Source: Geosiphon pyriformis uo1 (taxonomy: Eukaryota; Fungi; Glomeromycota). From it: a stretch of DNA of 64,000 bases. The stretch covers positions 438,373 to 502,372 of the forward strand of contig JAAOMT010000003.1 in NCBI GenBank assembly GCA_016748015.1. The letters are read 5' to 3'. The notes under the pieces were generated by a model, which saw nothing but the letters and a program-made list of their open reading frames with translations, had not been told where the DNA came from and ran no database searches. Within the stretch, counting starts at the first letter, position 1, and each line of letters opens with the position of its first letter. The translations under genes and the position numbers were made by a program. Positions 49,501-63,119 of the stretch are shown in pieces.

Positions 49501-52275
49501 AGTGAATAGTTTTTTTTCACAATCAACACATATTAGTCTTGGGAGTTGGTAAAATAAGTTTCTTTGGTCCAAGATTACGTATCCTAGTGATGATGATTGG
49601 GGTTCTTCTTTGGCTCTGCCTTTTCCTTTTTCTTCTCAGATTGGTGGTAGGAGTAGTTCAGTTCGATAATCATCCACCCATAAAACCTAATAGGTCTCAA
49701 TGGTTGGTAGCATTGATGTATTTTCAAATTCAATAAGGGGTTCCTCAGTACGTTGGGTTTTAAAGTGTTCGCACGTAGCTGGGACTTGGGCATACTGTCC
49801 GTTGAATGTGAGTTGAAGTTCTTGGATGTTCCAGTTGAGATTAGCATTGGCTTTTGACAACCAATCATTTCCTACTAGAGCTTGATATTAAGTAGCTTCT
49901 ATGATGAGTACTTTGGTAGGGATTTGGATTCTATTAATCTCGAAGAGGAAGTTGTCAATTTCTCCTATCAGGGTTTTTGTGTTTTCATTCACTGTAATGA
50001 TCTGAGTGGTAGCAGCATGGTCTACTTAGTGACCTAGTTGGTCCATAAGCTGCTTTGTGATTATGCTACCGGCTGATCTGCTCTCCAGGATTAATTTAAT
50101 GTCTATTTCTCTGACTCTGGCATCGGTGTATAGAGCTGTTATTGGTTTATCCTGATTGATGGCTGCTCCACTAAAAAGGCTATGGGTGTTCAAATTATTA
50201 ATGTCAAAAGGAAATATGGTGGCTAGGGTGGTGTCTTCAGTAATAGTGGCTAGTAGGATATTGCTTTTTGTTTGCTTGAAAGGTTGGGAGATTTGTTCTA
50301 TATCCCCCTTTTTCACAGGTGTAGATTTATCAAAACTCTGGTCTTCCATAAGACTGAAATAGGAAGCTTGATTTGGGTATCCAGTTGGTGTTGATTGAGA
50401 TTGGGCAGGACTGTGAGGAATTGGTCAAGACAGTCCACTGTTGGTTTGCACCTGATTGTTGTTGGGATTCTTCTATCCCTAATTATAGTTTATAGCTCAA
50501 GGTCTGGATGGGCTGTAAGGGGAAGTTTGATAGTGAGGGATTGCTTGTGTCATTGGTGGTGGTTGATAATAATTCTGGGATGGTGGTTGAGTGTACGGGA
50601 CTTATTGTGTGTATAGGGGTGGTTGATTCTGAGGTATAGAATATTGGAGTACCATGTTTTGCTGATATCTGAGTTGCTGGTATGGGTTTCCTTGATTTTG
50701 GTCCATGATCTTCCTTCTGCAGTCACGGGCAATATGTCCAGGTTTCTGGCAATAGTAACAGTTGCAAGGATCAAATCTCCAAGATTGTTGCTGTGGGTAT
50801 CTGCTGTTGTTGTTATTTTCTCTCCATTGGGGTGGTTGGTAAGTTTCTGTAGTTCTGGCTAAGAATCCCTCAATTTTCTGAGTTAGTTTCTCACTCAATT
50901 GGGTTATTTTTGCATCAATGTTAGAGGTTTCATTAATGGCTAAATTAACAGCTTGGGTATGGTTTGCTTCTTGTTCTGTAGACTCAAAATCGCGAGCGAG
51001 AGCAACGGCGTCTTGTAAACTGGTCGGATGGCGGGGTCTTACAGATCTTAGAATACTACTCCGCAATTTTTTAATGAATTGATTAAGAACTTGCACCATG
51101 GTGTAGTAGTCCCTTTCAATAACTAATATTTGACACAGGATTGGATTGAATTGTCCAAGATAAGTAGTTACTGCTTCGTGATCTTTTTGTTTAATTATGC
51201 TGAATTGATTCTGCAATCGGATTAACATATTGGAGTCACAGAAGTATTGCAGAAATGCGAGTTTAAACTTGGTAAAGGAGGTAGGCTTCTCTGCCAGGCT
51301 CTGGTACCACAAATTGGCAGTTCCGATCAGAAAGAACAGTAGTGCCTAAATTGTGTAGTCATTGTTCCAACTGTTAGCAGTAATTGCTTTCTCGGCATCT
51401 GTGATCCAAGAATATGTGTTATCTTCTTTACTAGAGAATTTTTCTAATTTAGTGATATCCCAGTAAGTCATGATCCAGTTAATGGGTGGGGTGTTACTGG
51501 TTATGTTTAAAGAGATTGGTGTTCGCATATTCGAGTGTTCTCTGGGTGCTAATGCTGGTTGCTTTCCTTTGTTGTTTGAATCAATAGGTTGTAAGATAGC
51601 TGTTTCTTCTGTTAGGGGAAATGTTGATTCTGTTAGGTTTTGTGCTGATGGCTGTTCTCAAGTTGATGGGTTTTCTTCTGTTTGACTGGCTACTGAGGTA
51701 AGATTTCCAAACAGCAATCCATATTCTCCTAATAATTTGGTCCAACTGTGTTGATTCCAAGGGTGTGGATTTTTAGGAGTTTGTGGTGTTTCCGACTGGG
51801 TTTCCGGGGGTGAGTTAAATACAATTCTACTTTGGGGTGTCTGATGATATGGTGGAGTTGTTGGAGAGAGGACCCTTGGTTTCTTGTTGACCGTGGACTT
51901 GGCTTGAACAGTTATGGGGTTGTTAGATTTGTTTTCATATTCCTTAGGGTCGGATTCCACTGGTTGTTGTACTTGAGGGAATCATTGTGCCACGTAATAT
52001 TTAATGTCTGTATCGATTATGCACAGAGTTTCAGTGATTGCTCGGGTAGTCATGGCTGTTGAGTATCTTAGTAAACTTTGATGGATTTGTTCTCCAAGTC
52101 TTCCTGTATCAGTTGCGCAGCCTAACAAGCAGTCGATTTTTGCATTGATATAGTTACAAAAATCACTTTCTGTATAAGTGGTTTCTGCTGGTATTCCTAG
52201 GTCTTTTTGAAAGTATTGGAATAGTGCTTTTCTGTATGAGGAGTGGTCCTTTTCTATTGTTCCAATAGTTGCCAC
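46507..52275 (-). pseudogene. Element D polyprotein Gag-PR-Cys-rich-dUTPase-RT-RNase H
   Basis: CYYCQKPGHIARDC; LILESRSAGS; dUTPase ~48337-48760 (ASFDL, SRSSLA, GIIDVGYMG, KIAQ, RGINGFG); RT/RH 46627-47697; ends ANSLSRMSQT*. Confidence 0.9.
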
Positions 52276-54829
52276 TTTTATGTATTTTTGGGGGTGCTCT
52301 GTCTCTATGGATTTATAACTTCACAGGAAGCACCAAATGTTACGGGTAAACTTGATGGGTATAGGAAATGGTAACGTTTGGTGCTCTCAATTATTGATGA
52401 TATGTCTTCCACATAATTCTGTTGGCTTAGTCTTAATTATCAGTCTCTAAAAGTCTATTCCTGAATGTGAATTTATCCATTGAGTTCTTTGGTTATAAGG
52501 CACAGAGTTTGTCTTTTATTGATTGCAATGTTTTTTGTAAATATGAGCTTTCTTTTCCGAGCTAATGAGCACAGTCATTAGGATCTGGCATTGTCTTTTC
52601 GCCCTTCTGATAAGCTAACAAGATAATGTTAATATCCAAAACTTAGGGGGAGCTTTTCTTTTTTACCAGGCTATCATGAAGTCTATTCCCAGACAGTCAA
52701 TTTTACTATGTTGCTGCTCCACAAAAAATAAGACAGAAAAAGAAAAAAAAAGAGAGAAAAGATAAATTAGTATCGTTAATTGCCGTGATCAAGAGCAATT
52801 GGTCCAAATTGTTAATAGGTTTGAGGTGGTTATGCTAAGAGCATCTGTCCTAGAATAGAGGTATGAGACAAGAATTAATTCACGTAAATTTTACAAAGTT
52901 TGAGAACATGAATTCGTGATTCTGATTTCTTTAATAATTGGTTTATTTCAGAAGATGAAATAGGGAAGATAATAAAGGATGAAGAGGTATGAATATTTTA
53001 ATTCTTGTCTAGAGGTTCATATTTATCTGTTTGTCTTTTCTCACTTCTATGACTACTTGCTTTTATACATTCTTTTGGTTTTACAGAATTGCTTTCAATT
53101 GTCTCGTTATCACTAGCTATTGCTTTGTTGTTTCTGTTATTGCTTTGTTTTTCTACGTTATTGCTAGTTATCCTATGTTATAACATGTTATCTGACGTTA
53201 TTACATGTTATTCTGTGTTATCCTGTATTATAACATGTTATCCTACGTTATTGCGCGCTATTCTGTGTTATCCTGCATTATAACATGTTATCCTACATTA
53301 TAACGTGTTATCCAATGTTATTGCGTGTTATTCTGTATTATGTCACATTTTGGTCACATTTCTTCATAACTTTGGATCGGTTTTTCTACTCAAGTAACAG
53401 TGCCTTTGGGTGTGTTAGCTGCTAATATTATGACAGCTCTTAGTGTTTTTGGTGTAATTATTTGTGTTGTACTGAAGCTTGCTGGCATTTGGCAGTATGT
53501 TGTGGTCTATTTTGAGAGTTTAATTGCTGCCACATCTGCTCTCAATTACTGGTCAGTTTTGGTGAACAAAAATAGTGTTCGGATTCTTCCCTTTGTGAAT
53601 CAACAAGAAATGATTGTGTCTCATGATAAGTTTAAAGCCAAGTTGGTTAATCTTCCTCCTAACTGTATTACCTTTGAAATTAATAATATGGTTTCTCAAG
53701 TTGGTGGTCAGACTTGTTTTATTCTTTAGTCTTTTGATTCTTGTCATTGTTTTTACTTTGCTCTGGTTACATTTGGCTCTCAAGCTGATTTAAACTTTGC
53801 TGTTGTTAAAACTGGTACACTAAAAAAGTGCCATATCTGGTGAGAAACTCCTGGTTGTCAGTATTGTTTTTAGTATCAAGAGATGGGCCACTTGGCCATG
53901 GACTGTAAAGTTGCTCTACCTTCTCTTTTTAAGGCTCTAAGATGTTTAGACTACATGTAGTTGGTTCTTTGTCTTATGCAAAAGCATTTGTTCCCTGAGT
54001 TTTCTTTTTTGGTGGCTTCAGCTCCTTCTGTTGTTGTTGATAATTCTTTGGTGTCCTCTTGGCTGGTGTCTCTAGAATCTGATTTGGCCAAGCTTTCTGT
54101 TTTGGTTGAATCTATTGTTAAGTCTATTGGCTCTATGGTCAAAATTTTTGAACAATTTGTTAATAGTGATCTGGTTTCTAGTGCTGCTCTTGGCCTTAGA
54201 GTCAATGAAGTTTTGGTTCACATGGGTTTCTTTAGCAAAGCTGTTGGTAAGTTGAAATGGAAAGTGATTGCTCTGAAATCTGAGTGTGGCTTTGAGGATA
54301 TTGACATGTCAGGTCCTCATGTAAGTTTGTCATTTTTTAATGATAATATGTTTTCTAATTTAATGTCTCTTTGAGAACATGAATCTGCTGCTGTAAAGGC
54401 TGATGTCTTTAAGACAGCTAAGTGATTAGTTGAATTGATTAATAATAGTGCTACATTATTTGAAATTGTTCAAAGAATGTCTTCTTTGAATAAGTTTTCT
54501 TCTGATGCATCAATGTAGTATAGCCTGAACTGGCTCAAATAGCTGGTTACATGTAATCAGCATGTGAATCATATTTAGCCTTGGATTACTTAGTTTGGTC
54601 CTAATTTTTAGATGGTAATTGGGCCATACTTGTTAAACTCATAATAAAAAAAAAATTTAATCAAAAATAATATATATAACAAATTAGTAATTTAACTATT
54701 GTAATAAATAATTTAATATTATAATAGCTTGATAAAAAAAATTTTTTTTTTAAGAAATTAATTTTATAATATATTATAGTTTATCAAAAAAACAAAAAAC
54801 AATATTAGATTTTATTAATTATAATTTTT

Positions 54830-57800
54830 TTATTTATTAAATGCATTTAACAAGTGAAGTTCAACCACTATCTAATACATAGAGCCATACTAAGAGGCTC
54901 AAACTAAATGTAGTTCACGTATTTGCTACATATGATTAGCCATTTGAGCCAGACAAGGCAACACTATATACTTATAATGACATACAGATTGCAATCTAAC
55001 CTAAAAAAAAAAGACAAGCCCTATAACAGCCAAAACTAACAGCAAAGGAATCAGCAATATCAAGCATCCTGATCACACTATCTGACAATACCTGCATCAC
55101 ATGATGCACCAAACCTAACACCAACCTACCATCTCTGACCAAGCCAGATTTTTCTATGTCTACTCTATGCTTGGATTTTACCAGCCAAATCTTAGAACAA
55201 TATAACTCAACAAAATACCTCACATAATCAACAACAATGTTCACAATCTCTTTTCTAGTATCAAAAACCCCAACAGTTTTCACACACTAATTCTCCATAA
55301 TAAACCCCTTATATACAATTGAGTATAAACCAACATCTAAAGAACAAAGACCAAGGAACTGCAAAACAGCAAAAGAAAATAAAGCATCAGCCCCTACCAA
55401 AGAGACCCATGTAGCAGAAGTCTCAACCAAAATCTCTTCTCAAACACCAACATCTGAAGTGCACAAAAAGACATAATCAGACAGCTCCATCTTACTGCAT
55501 AGCAAACATAGTACATTAGAATAACTTTTATTATACAATCTTTTTCTAACTATTACTGAAAGCTGTCAGTACACAGTTTTCATCAAATATGAGCATAAAG
55601 CAGAAAACTTTCGATTAGTAGACCCAGCAAGCATATGCAAGTCAGGGTGCCATACTCTTGAGATGGCTCTTCAGTCAACACTCCCACTCAATACATTCAG
55701 AATAACATCACAACCAGATTCAGTTTTCTAATGAGCATAACAAACAAATCTGTACAAATTACGAACAAAATGTTGAGCATTGTTAGATACAACCATGTTT
55801 TCAGCCACTAAAAAACATTCCTGTACCCCCACTGACAAAGAAAACTGAGAGCATGTAGCATCACCAGCCGCAGCATTTGTTTTTTCATTACCATAAATCC
55901 CAGAATAACTTCTAATTTTTATCCATTTCACATTAATATTCTTCTCATAGATCAAATTAAAAATATAACATCTTTTTATCCAAGATGGAGCATGAAAATC
56001 GGGCACAACAGAAGACATTTCAGACACACAAGCATCAATAACAGCTTGACTGTCAGTATACAACACCACTGTGCAAAAAAATGGGACACATTTCAGTGCC
56101 AAAGCAATAGCCTGTAATTCGGCCAAAGTAGAAGACAACAAACCCTAAATCTCAACCCCAAAACTAAAATCCACAGTAAAAAAGTACACAGCCACATCAC
56201 TGATGACATCAGCTGAGCCAAGATTTTTTACTAAACTATCTGTGAAAACGTTAAATAAACTAGACCAAATCTTGTGCAAACTACTCTGCACAACAGAAAA
56301 TTCCTGAAAATTCAAAATGTTTAAACCATAAAGCTGGCCAGATTTCACAATATCAGGTGACAGAATGCCACTATCACTTAGAAACTGATATGTTTGTCTG
56401 AACTAGGAAGGAACAGATCTCTTTGGATTAAATCTTTTCTACCACTGAAAAGTTTTCTAGTCCATCACACACCTCTTTTTATCCAGCAGCTTGTTACCAA
56501 ATGCAACACCAAAATGCTTCAAAAAATGCACAGAACTGAAGTAAAGAGTGTCTCCTAATACTAGTAACATAGAAAAAACACCAGAACTATAAAAGACATT
56601 AGGCAGGTTATTTACCAAAGACAGCTTATTGTACAAAAAAACTTTCATCACACCAGCCAAAAAATTGTTCACAGGATTAACATGTAACCTGACAGAAAAC
56701 TGCAAGGGATTCATAGGAGCCCAGCCTATAATCTGCAAATCCAAAAATCTATGATTGAACAAGTGCCCCAGAATGCCCAACACATTAGAAAAAGAGATCA
56801 CAGCAGCCAATTTACTCTTAGACTGAATCTGTTCAAAGATTTTTAAACCATACAACAGAAAATAATACAAAGCCACATTGAAAAAGTCATGGGAGAGGCA
56901 GGTCTTAAGTTTGAGACCCTTCCTAATTATGGCATCTTACTTGCAACAAATATTTAATGAAACAAAACTGAATTGAATCTAATAGCTGATGATAGACTGC
57001 AAGACAGCTGACACCAAATATGAGAACTGCTTATTAGTAATAGCCTTCTTTAGCATAACATTAACAAAGAAACAAACATCAGAATGAGCTTTGGCAACAC
57101 TCAGCTTGAACAGACCCTCAGTAGACCAAAAAATTCTTAGATAACAATGTGCTTTGTCCTTTTTGGCAATCAAAATTAGTTGACCACAAATACTCAAAGA
57201 AGCAATCTTAACATCTTGATTAATGGAGATAGCAACCATTTTATTATTATTGATTGAAATGTTATTAAAATCAAAGAATTCACTGAGAATGTTCAAAGCA
57301 TACTAAGTCAAAGCCTAGCAGCTCTCTACCCAAATTGTGTCATCAACAAACATACTAGTCACAAAATGAGATGTTATCTCACTGCTATTTTCAATTTTTC
57401 TTGATCTTAAAACAAACTTTGTACTAATCCAGTACCCACACAATTGTTTATATCTCTTAATCTTACACAAAAGAGGATCATAAAATATTCTCCAGAGAAG
57501 AGATGAAAAAACTTCACCCTGATCCAATCCATTAAACACCCTATAGCCATTAGACAGACCAAAATCAGTCATAACTCTATTAATCCTATCCTCATGTATA
57601 CTACCAAAAAATCTTATAAACTTGTTACACATTTTGATCTACAGCAAGCTAACCCTCAGATGATGCCAACCAACAGAATTATAAGCTTTTCACATATCTT
57701 GTAAAACCAACCAAATTTCCCTGTTCTTTTCAAGAGCATCTTTAATAACAGATTCAACAGCAAATACTGGAGATTGTGTAGAAGTGCCCTTTAGCACTGA

Positions 57801-58000
57801 AAAGTTATTACCTTGAAGGACACCAAAATTTATCACAGACAAATAAAATACAATCAGATAGAATCTTAGAAAGAATTTTCTTAGAGATTTCAATCAATAT
57901 AATAGAACAAGTGTTTGTAAAAACTCCATCTTAGTCATAGGGTTTTGGAATCATTGATACCTATGCTCTCCTTCATAGAACAGACACACCATCCACATTC
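54830..58000 (-). mobile_element. LINE 6, 5'-truncated (RT, RNase H, Cys motif, 3' tail)
   Basis: LDQGEVFSSLLWRIFYD, FVDDTIW, VFTDSLVK, AELQAI, YTDSQA; tail-to-tail with the ORF1-only element. Confidence 0.9.
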
Positions 58001-60650
58001 ATATAATTAAATATAAAATAAAACCAATTGCAAATAAAAAGTAAACAATATTATTTAAACAAAAACAATATTATTAATAATATTTATATTTAAAAAGTTC
58101 TAATATTTTTTGTTTTTTATAAAAAACTTAATAAGTAAAATAATTAATAAAAATATTACCAATTATTTTTTGTTTTAATTGTAATTATAAAAAATACAAA
58201 AGTTTTCTTAATTATTAATAAAATATTAATATAAAAAATATTTTATAATTATATTAAAGCAAAAAATAATAAAAAAGCAATTAATTAAAGTTAATTTTAA
58301 TATAATTATTATTAATATAAAAAATTTCAAAATTTTCAACAATAATCAAGTTATTATTTTTTAATTATTTCATTTAAATAGTTTAAAAAAAAAACAAATG
58401 GTTTTTTTTAAAATTACTGTAATTAATTTTTTTAAAATATTTAAAAAAAAAAATTTTCTCAATGTTTTTTAGATTATTACTTTTAATTTAAAAATTGTTT
58501 TTTATAAAAATTAAAATTAAAATTTTTTTAATATTTTAAAAACAAAAAAAATTATATCTTTAAATATAATCTTTAATAATTAATCTTTTAATTTACTTTA
58601 AAAAATAAAATAAAAACCAAACTATTTTTTTTTATTTGTTTTTTAAATATTTTATTTGAAAAACAATAATAAGTTATTAGAAATTTTTTAAGTAAACAAT
58701 TTTTATTTTAATATTTAATAAAAGTATTAAAATTAAGTTGGTTTATGTTAAAACTGTTTTTTAATCTTTAATTAATTTTATTAATATTAAAAACAATATT
58801 AAATTTTTTGTATAAAATTTATATTTCAAGTTTTTTTAAATATTATTTTTTTTAAAAATTTAAAATCTAATATAGTATTTGTTTTTGTTTTTAATATTTT
58901 GATTTTATATAATATTTTTTTAACTGTTTTTTTAATAAAATCAAAAATTTTTCAAGTATTTTAGTAAAATTTAAGTATAAAAGTAAAGTTGTTAGTTTGT
59001 AATATTATAATATTATATATTATAAGTTTTTTAAAATTACTTAAATTATATTTACTTATTAATTAATTCTAATAATAAAAAATAACATTAAATTTTTTTA
59101 TTAATCAAAAAAACTATTGTATTTTTAATTTTTTTTAATACTATAATTTTTGAAATTAGTAAAGTAATTATTTAAATTGGTAATTAAACTTGTTTTATTT
59201 TTTAATTTTGTAATATTATTATTATTATTTATTTACTATTATTATTTTTAAATTTAAAAAAATTTTTAATAAAACAATTGTAAAAATTAGTATTTTATAT
59301 AGTAAAACACTTAAATATTAATATTATTATAAATATTAAAACTTGAATTTTTTGGTTTTTGTTTATAAAGTTATATTTTTAAGTTTTTTGTTATATTTAA
59401 ATTTTTTGTAAATTAATTATTTAATTTAATGTTTTATTTTAAAGCTGTTGTTTTTTTATTGCTATTTAGTTGTTGTTTTTGGTAAATTTGTCAATAAAAA
59501 ATATAAAGCTAAATTAATTGATATAAAATTTAAGTTAAAATATTTGTTTAACATAATTAATTTTTTAATTATAAAAATTAAGTATTTAATAAATTTAGTT
59601 GTTTTGTAATTATTAAAAAAAGTTTTAATATAAATATTAAAGTTTAATTTATATTTTAAAAAATCAGATTAAATATATTTTTTATTTAATTATTAATTTG
59701 TTTAAGTATTTTAATTTAAAAATAAATACAAAAGTTTTATTAAATTTATGTTTTTTATAATTTTAATTTGATTATAATCAATTTTATTATATATAGAATT
59801 TATAAAATAATAAAATTAACTTTTATAAAAACATAATAAAAAATAAATATATATAATTATCAAAAATAAATTTTTTTTTTGGTAAAATATAGAATAATCT
59901 AAAAATTATTTTGTATTGACCAAAAAAATTATTATTAATTTATTGTTAAAAACTTAAAAACTTTTTATAATAATAATATTAAGCCAAATTTTTGTTTATT
60001 GTTTTTATTTTATATTATATTTAATATGTAAACTTTATATTATTGTAATAATATGACTTAAATTGTTTTTATTATTTAATATATATTAATTTTATATTTT
60101 TTTAAGTTAAATTATTATTTTTAAAATTTTTTAATAAAAATTTTAAATTGATTAATATTATTAAAAACTTTAATAGTATTTGTAATAATATATATTTTTT
60201 AATAAATAAAAAATTTTCATACTTAAAAAATAAAATTAATTTTTTAAATTTGATTTAATTAATACTATTATTAAAAAGCATTTTTTTGCAAAAAATCATT
60301 AACAAATTTCAAATTGAAAAAATAAAAAAAATTTGAATATTCAAAAGAAATAATAAGCAAATTTTTGAAATTGAAATTAATTTTTAATATTTTAATTAAC
60401 ATAAATATTTATAAATATACGTAAAAATTAATAATAATTATTTGATTAAATATTTATTATATATATTAATATAAACAATTAACTTATTTCATTAGTTTAT
60501 CAACCAAAACAAAAAATTGCGAAAATAATTATTAATAATTTTTATTAATAAAAACATTTTATGATAAACTTATAAAAATAAAAAATGTATAATATAACAT
60601 TTATCAAATAATTTTTTACATCATTCTTTGAGTTTAAAATTCTAAAAATT
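58000..60650. other. Extreme AT-rich desert, probably eroded TE relic
   Basis: Almost no C/G and no ORFs; faint LINE endonuclease-like ghost near 59600. Confidence 0.6.
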
Positions 60651-60861
60651 AGATGTAAAAGTTGTTTTCAATATACACAAACCAATTTATCCAAGGATTA
60701 TATTATGAATCACAATTTCGATATCACATGTCAAACTGCTTGGAAAACTCGCATCGAGTTTGAAGTTCTTAGTCTTATCAATTAGTCCTCTTACCGACTA
60801 TTGGAACTTAACAAGTCGTTTTTTTAAGTTTTGATTTCCAACAAGCTCATAGTAATTAAAC

Positions 60862-62849
60862 ATGGTACAGAATCTAAAAAGTCGATTAAACCTAAAGGGG
60901 TTTTGACTGATACTATTCTTTTTACTTGGAAAAAAATGGGTTTTGCAGGATGAAGCATATGATGTTATTGTGCTTGGTACAGGTTTAACCGAGTGTATTC
61001 TCTCTGGACTGTTGTCAATAGAAGGAAAGAAGGTTCTTCACATGGATAGAAATGACTACTATGGAGGTGAATCTGCTAGTTTGAATTTGACACAGGTGAC
61101 ATTATCTCCAAACTTTTCTGGGATTTAAAATTATCAAATCAAAAAACCTCACTCTAAATTTACGCTTTTTTACCAAAGTTATATCGTAAATTCCGGCCTG
61201 GGGTAGAGCCTCTCGATAGTTTGGGTCGTGATCGAGATTTTAACATTGATCTTATCCCAAAATTCATGATGGCTAACGGGGAATTGGTCAAGATTCTGAC
61301 ACATACCGACGTAACACGTTACGTTGATTTCAAGCAAATTTCTGGCTCGTTTGTATATCGTGATGGCAAGATCTCTAGAGTGCCGACTAGCGAAATAGAA
61401 GCCGTGCGCAGTCCATTAATGGGTTTATTTGAAAAACGGCGGGCAAAAAAGTTTTTCGAATATATACAAAATTGGCGTGAAAACGATCCAGCTACACATC
61501 AAGGTAAATAAATAAATCCGATTCATTTTTTTGTCTTTTGGCACGGTGTACAATTCTTTTAATAATTCATTCGAATTAATGCAATTTAAAGGGATTGATA
61601 TTGATACTGCAACAATGGCTGATGTTTTCAAAAAGTTCAGCCTTGAACCCGGGACCCAAGATTTTATTGGGCATGCTATGGCTTTGCATTTAGATGAAAG
61701 GTAGGTGTGTTACAAATATCATTTCGCAAAGAGCTCTACTTGGTGTGAAAAACGTTTCGATAACAAATCAATACTACTCAGCTATCTTGGCCGTCCTGCT
61801 CGCGAAAGCTACGAACGAATCATATTATATATAAGCTCCGTAGCACGTTATGGAAAGAGTCCGTATATTTACCCGTTATATGGATTGGGAGAATTGCCTC
61901 AAGGTTTCGCGCGGTATGATTGATCGATAATGTTAGACGTTTTTTTTATATACAAGCAGCATTTATCACAATACTCTTATTCATCGCAAAACAGTTTATC
62001 TGCCCTTTTCGGTGGTACGTACATGTTAGATAAAAAAGTTGACGAAATTGTCTACGATTCCAACGGCCGTGTTACCGGTGTACGTTCGGGCAAGGAGGTA
62101 ATATACTATCCGCTCTGATTTCTATTTCGGTTACAAACGTTATAAATTAGGCTGTCTTTTACATTGTCTGATTTCTGAATATGTAGACAGCGGAGACCAA
62201 GCAAGTGATCGGCGACCCGTCCTATTTCCCGAGCAAAGTTCGCAAAATTGGAAAAGTTATTCGAGCTATTTGTTTCCTTAAAAGCCCCATACCAAATACC
62301 GAAGACGCTGATTCAGTTCAGTTGATTATTCCTCAAAATCAACTTGGCAGAAAACATGGTAAATTTTAGTTTCTTCCTTTCAAATAACTATCCTTGTAAC
62401 TTCCTACATGTAAATTCATCGTGAATTCTTTATTAGACTTATACATCGCGAGTGTTTCATCCGCCCATAATGTGTGTTCCAAAGACATTGTTCTCGCAAT
62501 TGTTTCTACAATCGTCGAAACTGACGATCCAGAAGCCGAAATCCAGCCAGGATTAAATTTATTGGGTCATATTGTTGAAAAGTATGTTAAAAAATATTTT
62601 TTAAAATATTTATTTTCCTCAAGCTGACTTTCTTTTCTTTTTAGATTTGTGAGCATTAGTGATTTAGAGGAACCGATCGAGGATGGTAGAAATGACCAAA
62701 TTTTCATATCTCGTTCTTATGATGCTACATCCCATTTCGGAACTGTATGTGATGATGTCAAAGATATCTATCGACGGGTAGTTGGCGAGGAGTTGGTTCT
62801 TAAACAAAGACCGAAACAAGAGGATGAACAAAAGGAATTGGACTCATAA
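60862..62849 (+). CDS. GDI1: Rab GDP-dissociation inhibitor (9 exons)
   Basis: Exons 60862-60864, 60949-61095, 61179-61503, 61592-61700, 61782-61913, 61995-62097, 62187-62358, 62437-62581, 62645-62849, all GT-AG; [57 protein letters not shown]. Confidence 0.97.
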
Positions 62850-63119
62850 TTTATTTAGAGTCTTAAAAATAGCTTCGGTTATTATTGTTTGTATTACTTA
62901 TTGTTTGTAAAAATTATGAGCACCTTAAGATTTAAAAATATTGGCCATTTCTAACATCACATCTCAGCTAATAAAAGTGATTGAGGTATTGAATTTTGGA
63001 CAATAAAAACTAATCCATGATTCTGAGATTCTACAGCACGTGACTGATTTCGACAATATATTTTCTTCGATTTTTCAATTTTTTTACCTTCTTCACCTTT
63101 CTCCCAAACCAGCGAAAAA

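Larger units (their letters stand above)
43212..53399 (-). mobile_element. Ty3/Gypsy-like LTR retrotransposon D (complete, decayed)
   Basis: LTRs 43212-44300 and 52338-53399; TSD GTGC; PBS TGGTGCTTCCTGTGA; PPT AAAAAGAGAGGAA next to the 3' LTR. Confidence 0.96.
42170..54655 (+). mobile_element. ORF1-only LINE-tailed retroposon (HAL1-like), split by element D
   Basis: One ORF (~42214-54518) with two RRM-like units, a decayed CCHC (QEMGHLAMDC) and a coiled coil; rejoins across the TSD as LHNV|PLGV; LINE-type 3' tail and poly-A follow directly, with no APE/RT. Confidence 0.78.

Noticed and set aside
60943-60948. GDI1 start at TTG (MQDEAY)
   Set aside because: This is the intron acceptor TTTTGCAG; the real ATG is a 3-nt coding exon at 60862
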